DNA of 64,000 nucleotides, from assembly GCA_973895155.1 (NCBI GenBank), contig OZ316898.1, forward strand, positions 1,337,827 to 1,401,826, read 5' to 3'. Shown here one piece after another: positions 62,908 to 64,000 of the stretch (the stretch's first letter is position 1; each line of letters starts with the position of its first letter). This DNA comes from Marsupella aquatica (Eukaryota > Plantae > Marchantiophyta). Under the pieces are notes generated by a model, which worked only from the letters and a program-made list of their open reading frames with translations, ran no database searches and was not told where the DNA came from. The position numbers and the translations under genes were made by a program.

Positions 62908-64000
62908 TCAGACAAGTGTCACAACCTTATTAGTAACTATCAATTGTTGGTGTGAAGTATAGGTCACTCCCATTAGTCAAATGGAAACTTCCCATTTGGC
63001 AGCAGCCCATTTGAAAAAGTGACTAAGCAAGATTATGTAGGTGAGATAATTTTCCCCTAGAATTTTTCATTTGACAAGGCAATTGAGTGAAAAAGTGAGT
63101 CAAAAAGGTTACCCAAGTAGAAGTCTCCAACTCGGCCAGGTGTCAAGACAAAATTGCGCTGATGGGACTGCCTGATCTCAGGAGGGTCACTTCCACGGAA
63201 GTGGCACATCACGTGCGACAAAGTATAGGCCCATTTAAATGGGTGTGGCAAAAGACTTCCAACGTTTGGTGGAAGAACACATAAGGCATTTTCTATTGAT
63301 TGGTCGACCTTAAAGAAAATATAGCCCTATTTAATTGTAAAAAATACTTTCTTTAAGATTTTAGGGGTTTTTTTAGTAAAAAATGACAAAATTTAAAGAA
63401 AGAAAGGGTTTTGCAAAAAAATATTTTTCACTTATAAGTTAGGGAGGTCAAACCCTAAAACGCCGCACGCGATGTATGGCCCTCCATATAGTGAAAACCC
63501 CCCCTCCCCCCCCCCCCCCCCCCCCCACCCACACGCGAGTGCCTGATGAGAGTACTTGATACAGTTTCTAAGTCAAACCATATCTCTCAGAGCAACTCAT
63601 GGGAGTACCTGATGATTTATGGGGTTAACAGCATTTGGTTGAGAGTGTTAAGACCTTGATGGCAGTTTCAACTTTTTTGTGGCCTCCAATTGTGCCAAGG
63701 GTCATTCATTGGGGAGACACAGTTGCATTGCACTTTACAAAATCTTGGGGCAGTTTCTTTATATAAGGTTGCCAATCCTACATGGGATGGAGTGGGGCCC
63801 AAATTTTACTCATGGGAGCACATTTTAGTCCTAGGTTTCAGACCACCTCTCTTGGAAGTCTCTTCATTAGGCTCCTTTGATACATTCCTATTTTGAGTCA
63901 TTTGCATTAAAAGTGGACCTACAAGTCCTTCATCAGATCTTCTATTGGGCTTTAGCCAAAGAATTCAGTGACTTTTAGATGGAATAGTCTCCAGCTTGCC

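Noticed and set aside
63497-63530. Poly-C tract as a functional G-quadruplex or PPT
   Set aside because: Simple homopolymer with no adjacent LTR or gene evidence.

Overview
Eukaryotic, intron-containing, TE-rich DNA. Gene content and style point to a land plant, probably a bryophyte (inference). The standout element is a 10.6 kb Ty3/gypsy-like retroelement at 27858-38462 (minus strand). Its coding order is gag - protease - DNMT3-like cytosine methyltransferase - RT - RNaseH - DDE integrase - PHD finger. It lacks ordinary LTRs and instead has split direct repeats A1-ORFs-B1-A2-B2, with TGTC...GACA ends and a 4-bp TSD (CCAT). The fused integrase ends (CA-ac-TG) sit inside the unit bounded by the PPT and the primer site, and the primer site is Tf1-like and self-complementary. 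Together these suggest self-primed reverse transcription and integration of a 2-LTR circle at an att site inside the LTR. Also present: an intact 1235-aa DUF7869/Sola-like transposase with three En/Spm Tnp1-like N-terminal repeats, several MITEs, a SINE, LINE remnants, a candidate pre-miRNA hairpin, and a multi-exon gene with DIxGxxP-type repeats and an EF-hand (possibly flagellar). The window ends with a BAHD acyltransferase and LpxK, whose first intron contains an intronless PAC4 ORF on the same strand. All family assignments come from motifs read by eye; no searches were run.
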